The notes: generated by a model not told the origin, from the letters alone. A DNA stretch of 64,000 nucleotides from an uncultured bacterium (GCA_963935005.1 CAWWAX010000001.1:52572-116571); one strand, 5' to 3'. Numbered from the stretch's first letter, positions 20,201 to 30,576 are shown. Numbers and translations: made by a program.

Positions 20201-21151
20201 CTAGGTACTGCAACTACTGACCAACCCCTGCAAAGTCGAATCAGCGAGTACCTTGAAGTTTTTTCTAACGTAAGAGCCAACGACCCCTGTTCCTGATTTT
20301 CCTTGCAGGCTGGGAGTTCTAATCTGTCCAGATGGATGAAATTTACCAGCCCTTGCCCAATTGACGAAATTCCTGTCCACTGCCGCCACGCTTATATCTG
20401 CGGTAGTACTCTCTGGAAGACCCTCCTGTAGCTGGAGAAATACGTCTCTATGTAAGCCATACCGATCAAATAAGCCTACTTCGGCGGGGAAACGCATCTT
20501 GGTATCATCTGAAGAAATTGCAAGACCGAGGAGATGAAGTGGCTGAGGAGGAAGATCTTCTTCTGGCAAATAATTAAACACTCCATCTAAATCCCAAATA
20601 TTAGCTTCAACAATATAAGCCCAGGCGTCTTGACTCTCACTCCAGCTCAATTCTAATATCTGATCTCTCTGTAAACGACAGAACTTCTGACTATTTCGAG
20701 GAGTCTTCATGACAAAGTCACCAGGCAATGTGGTCTGCCCAAAAAGCTCACCGACACCACCGTCTTTGATGCTCACCTGAATAGCCTGTCCTGGTTGAAC
20801 AGACAGCAATTCCCCCAAACGATAACAAGTGCCCAAGGAGCCACTTATGGCTGATGTTTCTCTCTGGACCCATTCTGGAATACATGTTGAAGTGCCAGCA
20901 GAATCTTCAACCAAAGGCACACTCCGATCTCCCGATGTCAGAGTTATATCTGCACCCAAAACGGGTCCATAGTCCTTGCTTCCTAAAACACGATGGAGGT
21001 ATGCAGTCGCCTCTAGGGGGTTAGAGCCATCTTTTGCAATATAAACTTCCGCTATAAGGAGACTCTCTGGTGACACCAGAGATACACTGTCCATTTCACA
21101 TCCTGTCAAAGAGAATATTCCCAGGATGAACCACCTCGTTAAATACCTCAT
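20201..21151 (-). CDS. Lipoprotein, DUF4249-like partner of the upstream TonB-dependent receptor
   Basis: It has the lipobox FSLTGC and a 4-nt overlap with the receptor gene. The family assignment rests on the typical pairing and size, not on a search. Confidence 0.55.
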   Translation of the reverse strand: MRYLTRWFILGIFSLTGCEMDSVSLVSPESLLIAEVYIAKDGSNPLEATAYLHRVLGSKDYGPVLGADITLTSGDRSVPLVEDSAGTSTCIPEWVQRETSAISGSLGTCYRLGELLSVQPGQAIQVSIKDGGVGELFGQTTLPGDFVMKTPRNSQKFCRLQRDQILELSWSESQDAWAYIVEANIWDLDGVFNYLPEEDLPPQPLHLLGLAISSDDTKMRFPAEVGLFDRYGLHRDVFLQLQEGLPESTTADISVAAVDRNFVNWARAGKFHPSGQIRTPSLQGKSGTGVVGSYVRKNFKVLADSTLQGLVSSCST

Positions 21152-23508
21152 CTAAACCTCATCTCAAAACCGAAAGTCGGTAAAATAGGAAACATTGAAA
21201 ATCCCCTGCGAGTCCATTTGGTGGTATCTACTGATGTGCTATCCTCATATGTATAGAAGTAAAAGAGAACATTCCTCCGATCATATACGTTGAGGACGTT
21301 TATATAAGGTGTTATGAGTCCCGCACCAAAAATATTTTTGAACTCTTTTCTTATACTAAGGTCCAAGCGATGGCGAACAGGATATCGTTCCCCATTCTTG
21401 GGACCGAGAAAAACGGTATTGCCACGATCATCAGGACTTAGCTTTCCATCTGAAACACGATGGCTGAAGGAAGAGAACACTCCTACTGCTTCTGTAAAAG
21501 GCAGGCCAGTCCCGAAGTTCCATCGCAAACCTACTTGCGCAGAATCCCAAAAATCATGATTTAAGACCACATCAACATCTATTCTCCTGTCGAAGATTGG
21601 AGGAAATTCAATTTCATCCGCGAACCCAACAGATCTGTAGTCAGGGAAAGTTCGTAATGCCTTCAACCAGCCCACTGTAATCCACCCTGTAGTGTTTCCC
21701 CTAAAACGTTGAGCGAACAAATCTACTCCGTAGGACCGCCCTCGACCCCTAAGGAAATCATCCGCTGGATCATTAGGGTTCTCTCCAAAATTCTCCGTAA
21801 TAACATCATCAAACTCTCGCAAATATCCTTCTAGAGAAAAAAGCCAGCTATTGCCTACTCTCCATTCCAATCCAAGTTGGCCCTGGTCTGATAGAACTCG
21901 TGGTACATCCGGGCCGCTCAAGACCCATATATCAATTCCAAGCGGCAAATCTTCATCTCTAACCGAATGTACAAATTGTGTATATCGTCCCATTGACGCC
22001 TTAAAGGCTAGTCTTCGTCCAACCAAAAACCTCTTAAAGGATAACCTGGGGGAAATCTCATCCATTCTCTGAGCGTCTTTCCTGAGCCAAGTATCAAACC
22101 TAATCCCTGGCTCAATCACCCAGGAATTTGAAGGTCGCCATTGAAGCTGAGCATAGCTTGAGGTGCCAGTACCCGGGCCCCCTACTTTCCAGAATTGTGT
22201 TCCTCCACCTCTGATTGAATTCTGGTAATCCATTAAACGACCCTCAACACCGATCTTGGCGGTGACTCCGCGTTTCGGGCGACTTTCCCAATCCAAACCC
22301 ATGGTGGTTTGAGAAATCTTTGAACTAAACTCTACATCTCCAAAATCAGGAAATTTGAGATCGGTAGAGAATTTTGAATAACCCAATTTTACATCAACGG
22401 ATCCACCACCCGAAGTTGGATGAGTCCAACTGCTTCCTATAAGTGCATTTCCAAAGTCCCAGTCTAAACTCAAAGGAAAAGAATCGGTATAATCTATCCC
22501 TAAAACGTCCGCACCTTTATATCCGGTGATGGTGAGTCTATCGCCTCCTTCTGTCCAGCCTTCAAAAACGAACTGGCCATCTTCCAGTCTGTACGGGATT
22601 TTGTCTGTAAGAAGATCAAAATAGGATCGTCTTCCTGAAACTCTCCAGCGAGCATCCCTGAGACCTAGTATATTCTTGACCTTTTTAGGTAAACTTCCTC
22701 CTAATGCACCCCTGGACATCAGCAAAGAAACAGCTCCCTGTGCCTCCAGTTGACCGTTTCCTGGGTCACTTTCTATGCTAAGCACAGAAGAAACCCTCCC
22801 GCCATACTCTGCTGGAAACCCCCCCGCACTAAGTTCAGCTCTCCGAACCATATCAGAGTTAAAAACGGAAACTAGCCCTCCTAGGTGGGCTGGATTAAAA
22901 ATTGGGATCCCATCTAAAAGAATCAAATTCTGATCAGCCGATCCCCCGCGAACATTAAATGATGCCGAAAAGTCTGATGTGCTTACTACTCCTGGAAGAA
23001 CTTCCGCAACACGAATTGGATCTGGTTCAATAAATCCAGGAATAGTCTTGATGTCTGCTGCTTCGATAGCTCTAACGGTCAAACCAGCTTCTTCTTCGAA
23101 TGCGATCTCAGCTGGCTCACGAGTTCCTTCTACAGTAAGGCCCTCTATCTCCAAAGCTTGGATTTGGAGCTCAATATCTATGATCCGAGTTTCCGTATCG
23201 CCCAACTGGAATTCCTGGATATAAGCCATAAAACCCAACCTCTGCACTTCCAGTCGGATGAGACCTCCAGGCAAATCTTCTAACTCAAAAAACCCGAGGT
23301 CGTCGGTAGTTGTTAACGCAACAATTACATCCGTATTAGCATTGACAACGCGAGCTAAAGCCCCATCCAATGTAGCGCCCTGTTCGTCTCTAACGCGTCC
23401 CATCAAGTGCCCCGTCTGAGCAACTACTATATCGGAGGCAGCAAGCGTGGAGAGAAACACCAACGCCACAAATTTGATTGGTTTCACATATCTATTTTTT
23501 TCAATCAC
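21148..23508 (-). CDS. TonB-dependent receptor with N-terminal carboxypeptidase-regulatory-like domain
   Basis: It has a signal peptide, a CarboxypepD_reg-like N-terminus (GHLMGRVRDEQGATLDGALARVV...FELEDLPGG), a plug region, a long beta-barrel, and a C-terminal FGFEMRF. Confidence 0.88.
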   Translation of the reverse strand: MIEKNRYVKPIKFVALVFLSTLAASDIVVAQTGHLMGRVRDEQGATLDGALARVVNANTDVIVALTTTDDLGFFELEDLPGGLIRLEVQRLGFMAYIQEFQLGDTETRIIDIELQIQALEIEGLTVEGTREPAEIAFEEEAGLTVRAIEAADIKTIPGFIEPDPIRVAEVLPGVVSTSDFSASFNVRGGSADQNLILLDGIPIFNPAHLGGLVSVFNSDMVRRAELSAGGFPAEYGGRVSSVLSIESDPGNGQLEAQGAVSLLMSRGALGGSLPKKVKNILGLRDARWRVSGRRSYFDLLTDKIPYRLEDGQFVFEGWTEGGDRLTITGYKGADVLGIDYTDSFPLSLDWDFGNALIGSSWTHPTSGGGSVDVKLGYSKFSTDLKFPDFGDVEFSSKISQTTMGLDWESRPKRGVTAKIGVEGRLMDYQNSIRGGGTQFWKVGGPGTGTSSYAQLQWRPSNSWVIEPGIRFDTWLRKDAQRMDEISPRLSFKRFLVGRRLAFKASMGRYTQFVHSVRDEDLPLGIDIWVLSGPDVPRVLSDQGQLGLEWRVGNSWLFSLEGYLREFDDVITENFGENPNDPADDFLRGRGRSYGVDLFAQRFRGNTTGWITVGWLKALRTFPDYRSVGFADEIEFPPIFDRRIDVDVVLNHDFWDSAQVGLRWNFGTGLPFTEAVGVFSSFSHRVSDGKLSPDDRGNTVFLGPKNGERYPVRHRLDLSIRKEFKNIFGAGLITPYINVLNVYDRRNVLFYFYTYEDSTSVDTTKWTRRGFSMFPILPTFGFEMRFR

Positions 23509-23819
23509 AACGATTTCGTCTTTTTCCAGGCAACCAAAACGCCCAACACTCGATCAAATGTGTTGCAATTTTCATGCCCAATAAAGCAATAATCGATCAA
23601 ATCTTGCAGTGCATATAATTTGTCAAAAAATAACTCATGACACCAGACAAGTTCCTTCTATTCCTAGACACATAGACTGGACACTGTGGTATCTAGGATG
23701 TCTGACCACAGTCCTTCACATTTGCGACAGGAATTAGTAATCCCTAGATTTTTATGGCTGTCTTAACATTTCAGCTGGCTTTCGTAGGTTTTTATGTCCT
23801 TTTTCAAGGAGTTTAAATC

Positions 23820-24296
23820 ATGGTCGATCGTATAAAGCCAATCCTTTTCACTACCGTTGCCGTCTTTGTGGTCACCTACTCAGGAGTACGGTTTCTCTTT
23901 GCGCCTCAAATGGGTCCGGACTATGCTAGCAGTGCACCCTTTAGTCCAGAGCTAACGTCGCTTCTCGGGTCGTTAGTTTTTGTCCTTTTCTTCGACTATG
24001 CCATCGGCATGGTAGGCGACGTGATGAAAACAGCTATGGTCATAGCTCTCTCTCAAATCATGATAGTTGATGTTTACTATGTGATTAACGGAGAAAGAGG
24101 AGTTGTGCCAGCTGTTATGAGTGCTGGTGTACTACTCGCTAGTTGGTTCGTGGCGGCGAAGACCTATACTCATTTCTCTGATAGTGAATCAGTCGAAGAT
24201 TCTTCGCTTGAAACCATGGAAGAGCCTGATCCTGAGCCCTACTCTCCTCCAGTAGAGAATCCTGGGGAACCAAACAGCTCATCTTTCCCATATTAG
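23820..24296 (+). CDS. Hypothetical 4-TM membrane protein with acidic C-terminal tail
   Basis: The RBS AAGGAG lies 8 nt upstream. It has four hydrophobic segments and a C-terminal SESVEDSSLETMEEPDPEPYSPP. Confidence 0.6.
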   Translation: MVDRIKPILFTTVAVFVVTYSGVRFLFAPQMGPDYASSAPFSPELTSLLGSLVFVLFFDYAIGMVGDVMKTAMVIALSQIMIVDVYYVINGERGVVPAVMSAGVLLASWFVAAKTYTHFSDSESVEDSSLETMEEPDPEPYSPPVENPGEPNSSSFPY

Positions 24297-24441
24297 AAAA
24301 GAGCTGATAACGGTTAAAAACTGGGGAGTATATGAATGATTTCCCTATGTAAAAGTGGGAGATGACCTTTTTCTAAGGCCATTTCCCACTTTTCATTTTC
24401 TAACAACTCATTGGACCAGACTACTCAATAAACCGAATTCT

Positions 24442-26298
24442 TCACCATCCTACTGCATATGCGGCGCGACGAGGATCCGCTCCAGCCATAAATGTTCCCA
24501 AATTGGTATTCTTCAAAATCGCTTGAATACTTCCCAATGAGTATGATGGAGCCAATTCAACATTATGCCCCAAGTCCTGTAAACCCTGTAAATGCTCTAC
24601 TGAAATTCTGTCTTCAATTCTCACAGTGATTTCAGAACCAGCTCTATAAAAATTGGGTGCCGCGAATAGACTAAAGCGTGGAGCCTCTATAGCCTCTTGC
24701 ACAGGCATTCCTAGATCGAGAACGTTAACTAGTACCTGAAATTGTGTTTGCCCGATCGTTTCGCCACCTGGAGTTCCTAGAGCCAGGACGAATTCACCAT
24801 CCTTAAGTACAACAACTGGTGAATTATTTAGAATAGGAACCTGTCCTCCTCTGGCATAATTAACATGTCCAGCGTAAGGGGAAGTAGAACCTATGCGTGT
24901 TCCATTGTTAAAAGTGATACCAGTATTTCCAACCACAACTCCTGTCCCAAAAGAACCGCCATGCGTCGGTGTACATGCTACAATATTACCCTCTTTGTCC
25001 ATGATAGAAAAACTGGTAGTACTCCCTGGATGACTGACCTCCCTATCTGAACCCATTTGCAAGTTTCTCCCTGCATTCCAAAATTCATTGGGAGCTTCAT
25101 CATGACCATCAGGCTTGCCTGCCATCGGATACGTCATGCTCCTAGCTTCCGAAATCAGATCACTCCGAAGAGAAAGGTAGTTTTCATCCAGCATGCCCTC
25201 GATCGGAACAGAGAAGTGTTTGGGGTCGGCAACGTACTGGTAAATGTCAGATTTGGCCACTTGAATTGCTTCGATCATTAGATGAGTGAGAAGAGAACTC
25301 CCAGCTCCAAGTGCTTTTATATCAAACCTTTCGATGAGTTTCATCTGCATCAATACTTCCATTCCGCCCCGGGATGTCGGAGGAGAGGAATAAATGTCAT
25401 ACCCTCTGTATTTCACATGAAGAGGACTGCCCCATATGGGAGCAAACTGCTCAAAATCTTCCTTAGTAAATAATCCTCCCTCTTCCTCATAAAATCGAGT
25501 GAATTCATCTGCAATATCACCCCTATAAAATCGATCGAAAGCGGCATCTAGTGCCTCAGCACGACTCTTGCCCCCACTGAATGCCGTTTTTTCTGCTTCC
25601 ATCAATTTTCGAAATGTGGATGCTAACTCTGGCATCCTGAAAATCTCTCCAACCTCAGGTATTTCATTTCCTGGTAGAAATATTTGAGCGCTGGAAGGAT
25701 AGCTCCTGAACAAATCCTGTTGAGATGTTATAGCTTGGACTACTGAGGCTTCTATTGGATGACCATTTTCTGCGTATTCCACAGCCGGAATTAATACCTC
25801 GGATAAGCTCATGGTACCGTACTCTTTAAGCATTGATATCCAACCCCCCAACAAACCAGGGACCACACCAGCATAGATCCCTTTGTTGAGCTCTTCTGCT
25901 GCCCGTTCACTCGCCACCAAAGCTTTAGGAGCGGCACCTGTAGCGCTTAGAGAATGAACGTCTCCAGATGTTTTGTCGAAATAGGTAAGAAAGCCATTTC
26001 CTCCTGCACCCGACATCTGAGGTCGGACAACGTTTAGTGTCGCTAGCACTGCCACTGATGCATCTATTGCGTTACCACCAGCCATGAGGATTCGTAATCC
26101 TGCCATCGACGCCAAGGGATGGCCAGCTGTCACCAAACCATTGACTCCAGAAACTGCTGGACGGTGACTCGTCTTTCCTTCACTCATTTGTAATGGGTAA
26201 GCATTTTCTTGTGCCGTGATTAGATCAACGTTGGAGAACATCAGGTTCATATAGACAATAAAACCTACAAAAACTGTTCTAAGAATAAATAGACTCAT
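24442..26298 (-). CDS. ggt: Gamma-glutamyltransferase
   Basis: This is an Ntn-hydrolase with the autoprocessing/nucleophile site ...HPGSTTSFSIMDKEGNIVA, the motif GTPGGETIGQT, and a signal peptide. Confidence 0.9.
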   Translation of the reverse strand: MSLFILRTVFVGFIVYMNLMFSNVDLITAQENAYPLQMSEGKTSHRPAVSGVNGLVTAGHPLASMAGLRILMAGGNAIDASVAVLATLNVVRPQMSGAGGNGFLTYFDKTSGDVHSLSATGAAPKALVASERAAEELNKGIYAGVVPGLLGGWISMLKEYGTMSLSEVLIPAVEYAENGHPIEASVVQAITSQQDLFRSYPSSAQIFLPGNEIPEVGEIFRMPELASTFRKLMEAEKTAFSGGKSRAEALDAAFDRFYRGDIADEFTRFYEEEGGLFTKEDFEQFAPIWGSPLHVKYRGYDIYSSPPTSRGGMEVLMQMKLIERFDIKALGAGSSLLTHLMIEAIQVAKSDIYQYVADPKHFSVPIEGMLDENYLSLRSDLISEARSMTYPMAGKPDGHDEAPNEFWNAGRNLQMGSDREVSHPGSTTSFSIMDKEGNIVACTPTHGGSFGTGVVVGNTGITFNNGTRIGSTSPYAGHVNYARGGQVPILNNSPVVVLKDGEFVLALGTPGGETIGQTQFQVLVNVLDLGMPVQEAIEAPRFSLFAAPNFYRAGSEITVRIEDRISVEHLQGLQDLGHNVELAPSYSLGSIQAILKNTNLGTFMAGADPRRAAYAVGW

Positions 26299-26471
26299 TT
26301 TACATCCTGATTCAAATTTCTAAGTAATCTCATGATACAAAAGAAATAACATCTTTCTGGACTTCACGCTTCGATTAAGCTAGCAATCTAAACAAAGTAG
26401 CCACCTTGATATACTATTCTTAGTAAAGCAATCTAACCCTGAAACTTACTATGCTGGATTAAAGACCTTCT

Positions 26472-27110
26472 ATGTATACCGTAAAAGAGATCTACTATAC
26501 ACTACAAGGGGAAGGCAGGCATACTGGACGCCCTGCAGTGTTTCTTCGATTTTCTGGATGCAACCTCTGGACTGGGCGGGAAAAAGACAGAAGTAAAGCT
26601 ACCTGCCAGTTTTGTGACACAGACTTCGTGGGGGTAGATGGACCAGGAGGAGGCAAATACAAAGACCCTTTGTCATTATCAGAGGCTGTCGAGAAAACCT
26701 GGACGGACGCGGTTGAATTCGATCGAAATAGATACGTTGTTTGTACGGGAGGGGAACCACTTCTGCAGCTGGACTCTCCAGCCATTGAAGCACTTCACGA
26801 AAAAGGATTTAAAGTAGCAGTTGAGACGAATGGAACTATAAGCCTACCCAAGGGAATCGACTGGACTTGTGTCAGCCCAAAAGCAAATACAAAGCTCACT
26901 GTCAGAGCTGGGGAAGAGCTCAAATTTGTATTTCCCCAAAAGGATGCTAACCCGAGTCAGTTTGAAAATTTATCTTTCGACCACTTTTCATTACAACCTA
27001 TGGATGGTCCTGATCTAGCGGCCAACACAGCTAAGGCAATCGCATACTCCCTGAGAAATCCCAGATGGACTCTGAGCATTCAAACCCATAAGATCCTCGG
27101 AATAGAATAG
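26472..27110 (+). CDS. queE: 7-carboxy-7-deazaguanine synthase (radical SAM)
   Basis: It reads YYTLQGEGRHTGRPAVFLRFSGCNLWTGREKDRSKATCQFCDTDF, with a CX14CX2C cluster motif as in the Burkholderia-type QueE, followed by CTGGEPLL. Confidence 0.9.
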   Translation: MYTVKEIYYTLQGEGRHTGRPAVFLRFSGCNLWTGREKDRSKATCQFCDTDFVGVDGPGGGKYKDPLSLSEAVEKTWTDAVEFDRNRYVVCTGGEPLLQLDSPAIEALHEKGFKVAVETNGTISLPKGIDWTCVSPKANTKLTVRAGEELKFVFPQKDANPSQFENLSFDHFSLQPMDGPDLAANTAKAIAYSLRNPRWTLSIQTHKILGIE

Positions 27111-27160
27111 AAACTAGTTAAACTAACAGAGCCTTGACCTTTTACTTGATCTGATGGTAT

Positions 27161-28540
27161 TTGTTTTCCAGATGGCCAAGAAACCTTAACGGAGATTCAA
27201 GACCAGTGAAACCTAGACGATTTATTGCTTACACAGCCCACACACTAAGATCATTTCTCTATCTTACACTTCTCTGGTCTTTCTTTACAACGAACAATGC
27301 CTCAGCACAATCAGACCAAGTGACCGTGATCAAGGCAGACAAAGTCATCATCGGTGACGGTACAACAATGAATTCCGTATCTCTAGTTGTCATCGGTGAT
27401 AAAATTTCTGAAGTAGGACCTTCCGCATCAATAGAAATTCCTTCAGGTGCAAATGTCATAGATCTATCAAATCACACGTTACTACCAGGCCTTATGGACA
27501 TGCACACGCACATCAACTCTTCGGACCATGACGGTGGAGACATGTCTGTCCTCCGTGAACATGGGGCACATGGAGCCATCTACGGTGTTGTAAATGCTGA
27601 AAAAACCTTACAGGCTGGATTTACCACCATCCGCAACGCTGGAGCACTTCACTACGCAGACGTAGCCCTGCGTGACCTGATAGCCCAAGGGATCGTTCCA
27701 GGTCCGCGCATGTATGTTGCTGCTGCATCCCTAGGAATTACTGGCGGACATTCTGACGTCAACGGGTGGAGTCCTTTAATAGACATCCCCGGCACTGGAA
27801 TGGTAGTTGATGGACCTGATAATCTACGAATGGCTGTTAGAACTTTGGCAAAATTTGGGGCGGACCATATCAAGATTGTAGCAACTGGTGGAATCCTATC
27901 GTCGGGAGATGCCGTAGACCATCCCCAGTACAGCGATGAAGAACTCCGTGCCGTTGTTGAGGAAGCAGATAGACTAGGTCGCAAAGTCATCGCCCATGCT
28001 CATGGAGCGGAAGGACTAAAAGCAGCTGTCCGAGCTGGCGTTGCGTCTATAGAACACGGCAGCCTAGTAGATGATGAAGGTATCGAACTAATGAAGGAAA
28101 AGGGGGCTTTCATAGTCCCAACGCTTTTGATACTGGATGAAATCATCGAGTTTGGAGAAGAACGCGGTATCCCAGACTATTCCATCCAAAAAGCCATAGA
28201 GATGTCTGCTTTGAGAGAAACAGCACTGAGAAAAGCCTATCAAGAAGGAGTCCGTTTCGCATTCGGGACTGACGCTTCTGGCAATTTACACGGACGCAAT
28301 GCACAAGAATTCAAAGTTATGATTGAAACTCTTGGAGCCACCCCGATGCAAGTCATTCAAAATGCCACCTCTGACGCAGCAGAACTACTCGGAATACTCG
28401 ATCAGGTTGGCACTTTAGAGGCAGGAAAATGGGCCGACCTAATAGCTGTACCAGGAAATCCTTTGGATGATATAACCCTGCTTGAAACAGTGAGTTTTGT
28501 GATGAAAGCTGGAACAATACACAAACATATGGACAACTAG
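27161..28540 (+). CDS. Amidohydrolase-superfamily metallohydrolase (imidazolonepropionase/Xaa-Pro-dipeptidase-like), exported
   Basis: It has the metal ligand motif GLMDMHTHI, plus HAHG and FGTDA, and an N-terminal hydrophobic signal. The start codon is uncertain (TTG 27161 or GTG 27206). Confidence 0.8.
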   Translation: MFSRWPRNLNGDSRPVKPRRFIAYTAHTLRSFLYLTLLWSFFTTNNASAQSDQVTVIKADKVIIGDGTTMNSVSLVVIGDKISEVGPSASIEIPSGANVIDLSNHTLLPGLMDMHTHINSSDHDGGDMSVLREHGAHGAIYGVVNAEKTLQAGFTTIRNAGALHYADVALRDLIAQGIVPGPRMYVAAASLGITGGHSDVNGWSPLIDIPGTGMVVDGPDNLRMAVRTLAKFGADHIKIVATGGILSSGDAVDHPQYSDEELRAVVEEADRLGRKVIAHAHGAEGLKAAVRAGVASIEHGSLVDDEGIELMKEKGAFIVPTLLILDEIIEFGEERGIPDYSIQKAIEMSALRETALRKAYQEGVRFAFGTDASGNLHGRNAQEFKVMIETLGATPMQVIQNATSDAAELLGILDQVGTLEAGKWADLIAVPGNPLDDITLLETVSFVMKAGTIHKHMDN

Positions 28541-28543
28541 ACT

Positions 28544-29437
28544 ATGGCTATACTTAGAGTGCAACATATAGGAATGGTGGTCAAAGATCTCCACGCTTCA
28601 TGTGCCCAATTCAGAAACGCCTTAGGTCTTGAAGCTATCGATTTTCGAGATGACCAAGGTCAGGGGATGCAATTAGATGCAAGGATACTACTAGGCAACG
28701 AATGTTGGTTGCACTTGGTCGAAAACTGGAATCCCGAATCCAGAGTGAATCAGTTTCTCCAAGAGAAAGGGGAAGGTCTCGAGCACATATCCCTAGAAAC
28801 TGACGATATCGAAGGAGATGTTGAACACCTTAGAAAAATTGGTATCCCTATCTGGGAAGACACAATTTTTGACGCTAACGATGGATATGAAGCTTTTGTA
28901 TTTCCAGACCAACTACCTGGACTGACCATCGAACTTATTCAGTCCCACGATCGCAGTTGGTTTTATCCGCCAGAGTCAGTCGACGCAGCTGTCAGTGAAA
29001 CCCTTGAGATAACCAAACTCCAGCATATCGGATTATGCGTAAATAACCTAAACCAAGCCTGTGATCGCTTTGAGAAACTTTTCGGGCTTAAAGCACAGGA
29101 TCTCAGGGATGACCAAGGTCAAGGCATGCAATTAGACGCCAGGATACTCCTCCCAAATCAATGCTGGCTGCATTTGGTCGAAAACTGGAATCCCGAATCC
29201 AGAGTGAATCGCTTTCTCCAAGAAAGAGGCGAAGGCATGGATCATATTGCTCTGCGAACCAAAGATATCCATCACGATATTGACCACTTGAGAGAGAATG
29301 GTATTCCTATTTTTGAGGATCGCATCCTAGACGCCAATGACGGATATGAAGCTTTTGTATATCCTGATGAACTTCCAGGCATGACAGCTGAACTCATCCA
29401 ACCCCATGCTCATAGCTGGACCTATCCGGACTCGTAA
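28544..29437 (+). CDS. VOC (glyoxalase/methylmalonyl-CoA-epimerase-like) protein consisting of two tandem full-length copies
   Basis: Two halves of about 145 aa are readily alignable (DDQGQGMQLDARILL..CWLHLVENWNPESRVN.FLQE.GEG..HI.L.T.DI...DANDGYEAFV.PD.LPG.T.ELIQ). Confidence 0.8.
   Translation: MAILRVQHIGMVVKDLHASCAQFRNALGLEAIDFRDDQGQGMQLDARILLGNECWLHLVENWNPESRVNQFLQEKGEGLEHISLETDDIEGDVEHLRKIGIPIWEDTIFDANDGYEAFVFPDQLPGLTIELIQSHDRSWFYPPESVDAAVSETLEITKLQHIGLCVNNLNQACDRFEKLFGLKAQDLRDDQGQGMQLDARILLPNQCWLHLVENWNPESRVNRFLQERGEGMDHIALRTKDIHHDIDHLRENGIPIFEDRILDANDGYEAFVYPDELPGMTAELIQPHAHSWTYPDS
28715..29210 (+). repeat. Intragenic tandem duplication in the VOC gene: 37-bp identical cores at 28715-28751 and 29174-29210 (offset 459 bp = 153 codons)
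   Basis: TTGGTCGAAAACTGGAATCCCGAATCCAGAGTGAATC occurs twice. The flanks are similar but diverged. Confidence 0.9.
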
Positions 29438-29477
29438 GTTTATTCAAAAATATTCTCCTGAAACAGAAAGTCACAAA

Positions 29478-30569
29478 ATGAGAACTACCACTGGAATTTT
29501 AAGACGAATTCAAGGAGTAGAATCAAGTTCTCGAAGCATCGTGTTGATCTCTAGAAACACCCTCATTTTATGTTTCGTGATCTTATCAGGGTGTGGAGAT
29601 AGCCAAGATCCAATTAAACCTTCTCTCTCCAAAGATTTAATCCCATGTATAGAGGCTTCAGGTGTATGTTCTCAATCAGTTCAATTGGGGCTGCAATCAT
29701 TCCTTCCGATATTGAGAACACACTCCTTAGACAGAGGGGACCCACAAGTTCAGACCGCCATCATCATAGTCCACGGAACGACAAGAAATCATTCTTCAAA
29801 TTTCAAAACGATGATCTTAGCAGTCCAGCAGAAGGATCCATCCCTAAACGAAACAATTGTCATAGCACCTAAGTTTCAAATAGCAGAAGACAGTCCCACT
29901 GCTAACGAACCATTTTGGACCAACAGTGGATGGAAAAAAGGGCACCTCTCTGTCACCGACAGCAAACCTAGGCCACGGGTTAGTTCATACACCGCTATTG
30001 AGAAAATCATAGAGATCTTGAGCGTAAAGGCTAGATTTCCTGAATTAAGAGAAGTCATTGTGACTGGGCATTCGGCCGGGGGACAAGTTGCACACAGATT
30101 TGCTGCGGGCAGTCGGGCAGAAGAAATCTTTGAACATATCAACATCCGCTATATTGTGGCCAATCCCTCTACCTATCTATACCTCGGACCAGAGCGTCTT
30201 ATCGATGGAAATTTTAGCTCACCGATACGCTCAGAATGCCCAGAATACGACTATTGGCATTATGGCCTGCAGGATCTTAACACTTACATGCGATCCATAA
30301 GTCGAGAAAAAATTAAAGACAACTTAGTCGCCAGGAACGTTACCATCCTGATCGGAGATCAAGACGTGGGCTCTTACCAGTTAGACGTGTCCTGTGGTGC
30401 CAACTTACAAGGCGAAACCCGATTTTCCAGAGGCCAGAACCTGATTAGTTACATGGATTCACTCTTCCCGGCCAACAACCACACTCAAAAGGTCGTTTCG
30501 GGCGTATCTCACTCAGGAAAAGGTATGTACACCTCACCCGAAGGAATATCTGTACTGTTCCCATCTTGA
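29478..30569 (+). CDS. Alpha/beta hydrolase, probable lipoprotein
   Basis: It has the nucleophile elbow GHSAGG and the lipobox ILSGC. The start is uncertain (ATG 29478, or GTG/TTG 29541/29544). The track ORF from 29406 overlaps the VOC gene. Confidence 0.7.
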   Translation: MRTTTGILRRIQGVESSSRSIVLISRNTLILCFVILSGCGDSQDPIKPSLSKDLIPCIEASGVCSQSVQLGLQSFLPILRTHSLDRGDPQVQTAIIIVHGTTRNHSSNFKTMILAVQQKDPSLNETIVIAPKFQIAEDSPTANEPFWTNSGWKKGHLSVTDSKPRPRVSSYTAIEKIIEILSVKARFPELREVIVTGHSAGGQVAHRFAAGSRAEEIFEHINIRYIVANPSTYLYLGPERLIDGNFSSPIRSECPEYDYWHYGLQDLNTYMRSISREKIKDNLVARNVTILIGDQDVGSYQLDVSCGANLQGETRFSRGQNLISYMDSLFPANNHTQKVVSGVSHSGKGMYTSPEGISVLFPS

Positions 30570-30576
30570 TTATCTA

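Noticed and set aside
20201-23508. TonB-dependent receptor plus downstream lipoprotein as a possible novel uptake system
   Set aside because: A CarboxypepD_reg-type TonB receptor followed by a DUF4249-like lipoprotein is a commonly seen pairing. Nothing unusual was visible in the sequence.
26299-26471. Possible preQ1 riboswitch upstream of queE
   Set aside because: I saw no match to the conserved preQ1-I/II core sequences or a plausible compact hairpin-pseudoknot. The region looks like a plain AT-rich divergent promoter region.
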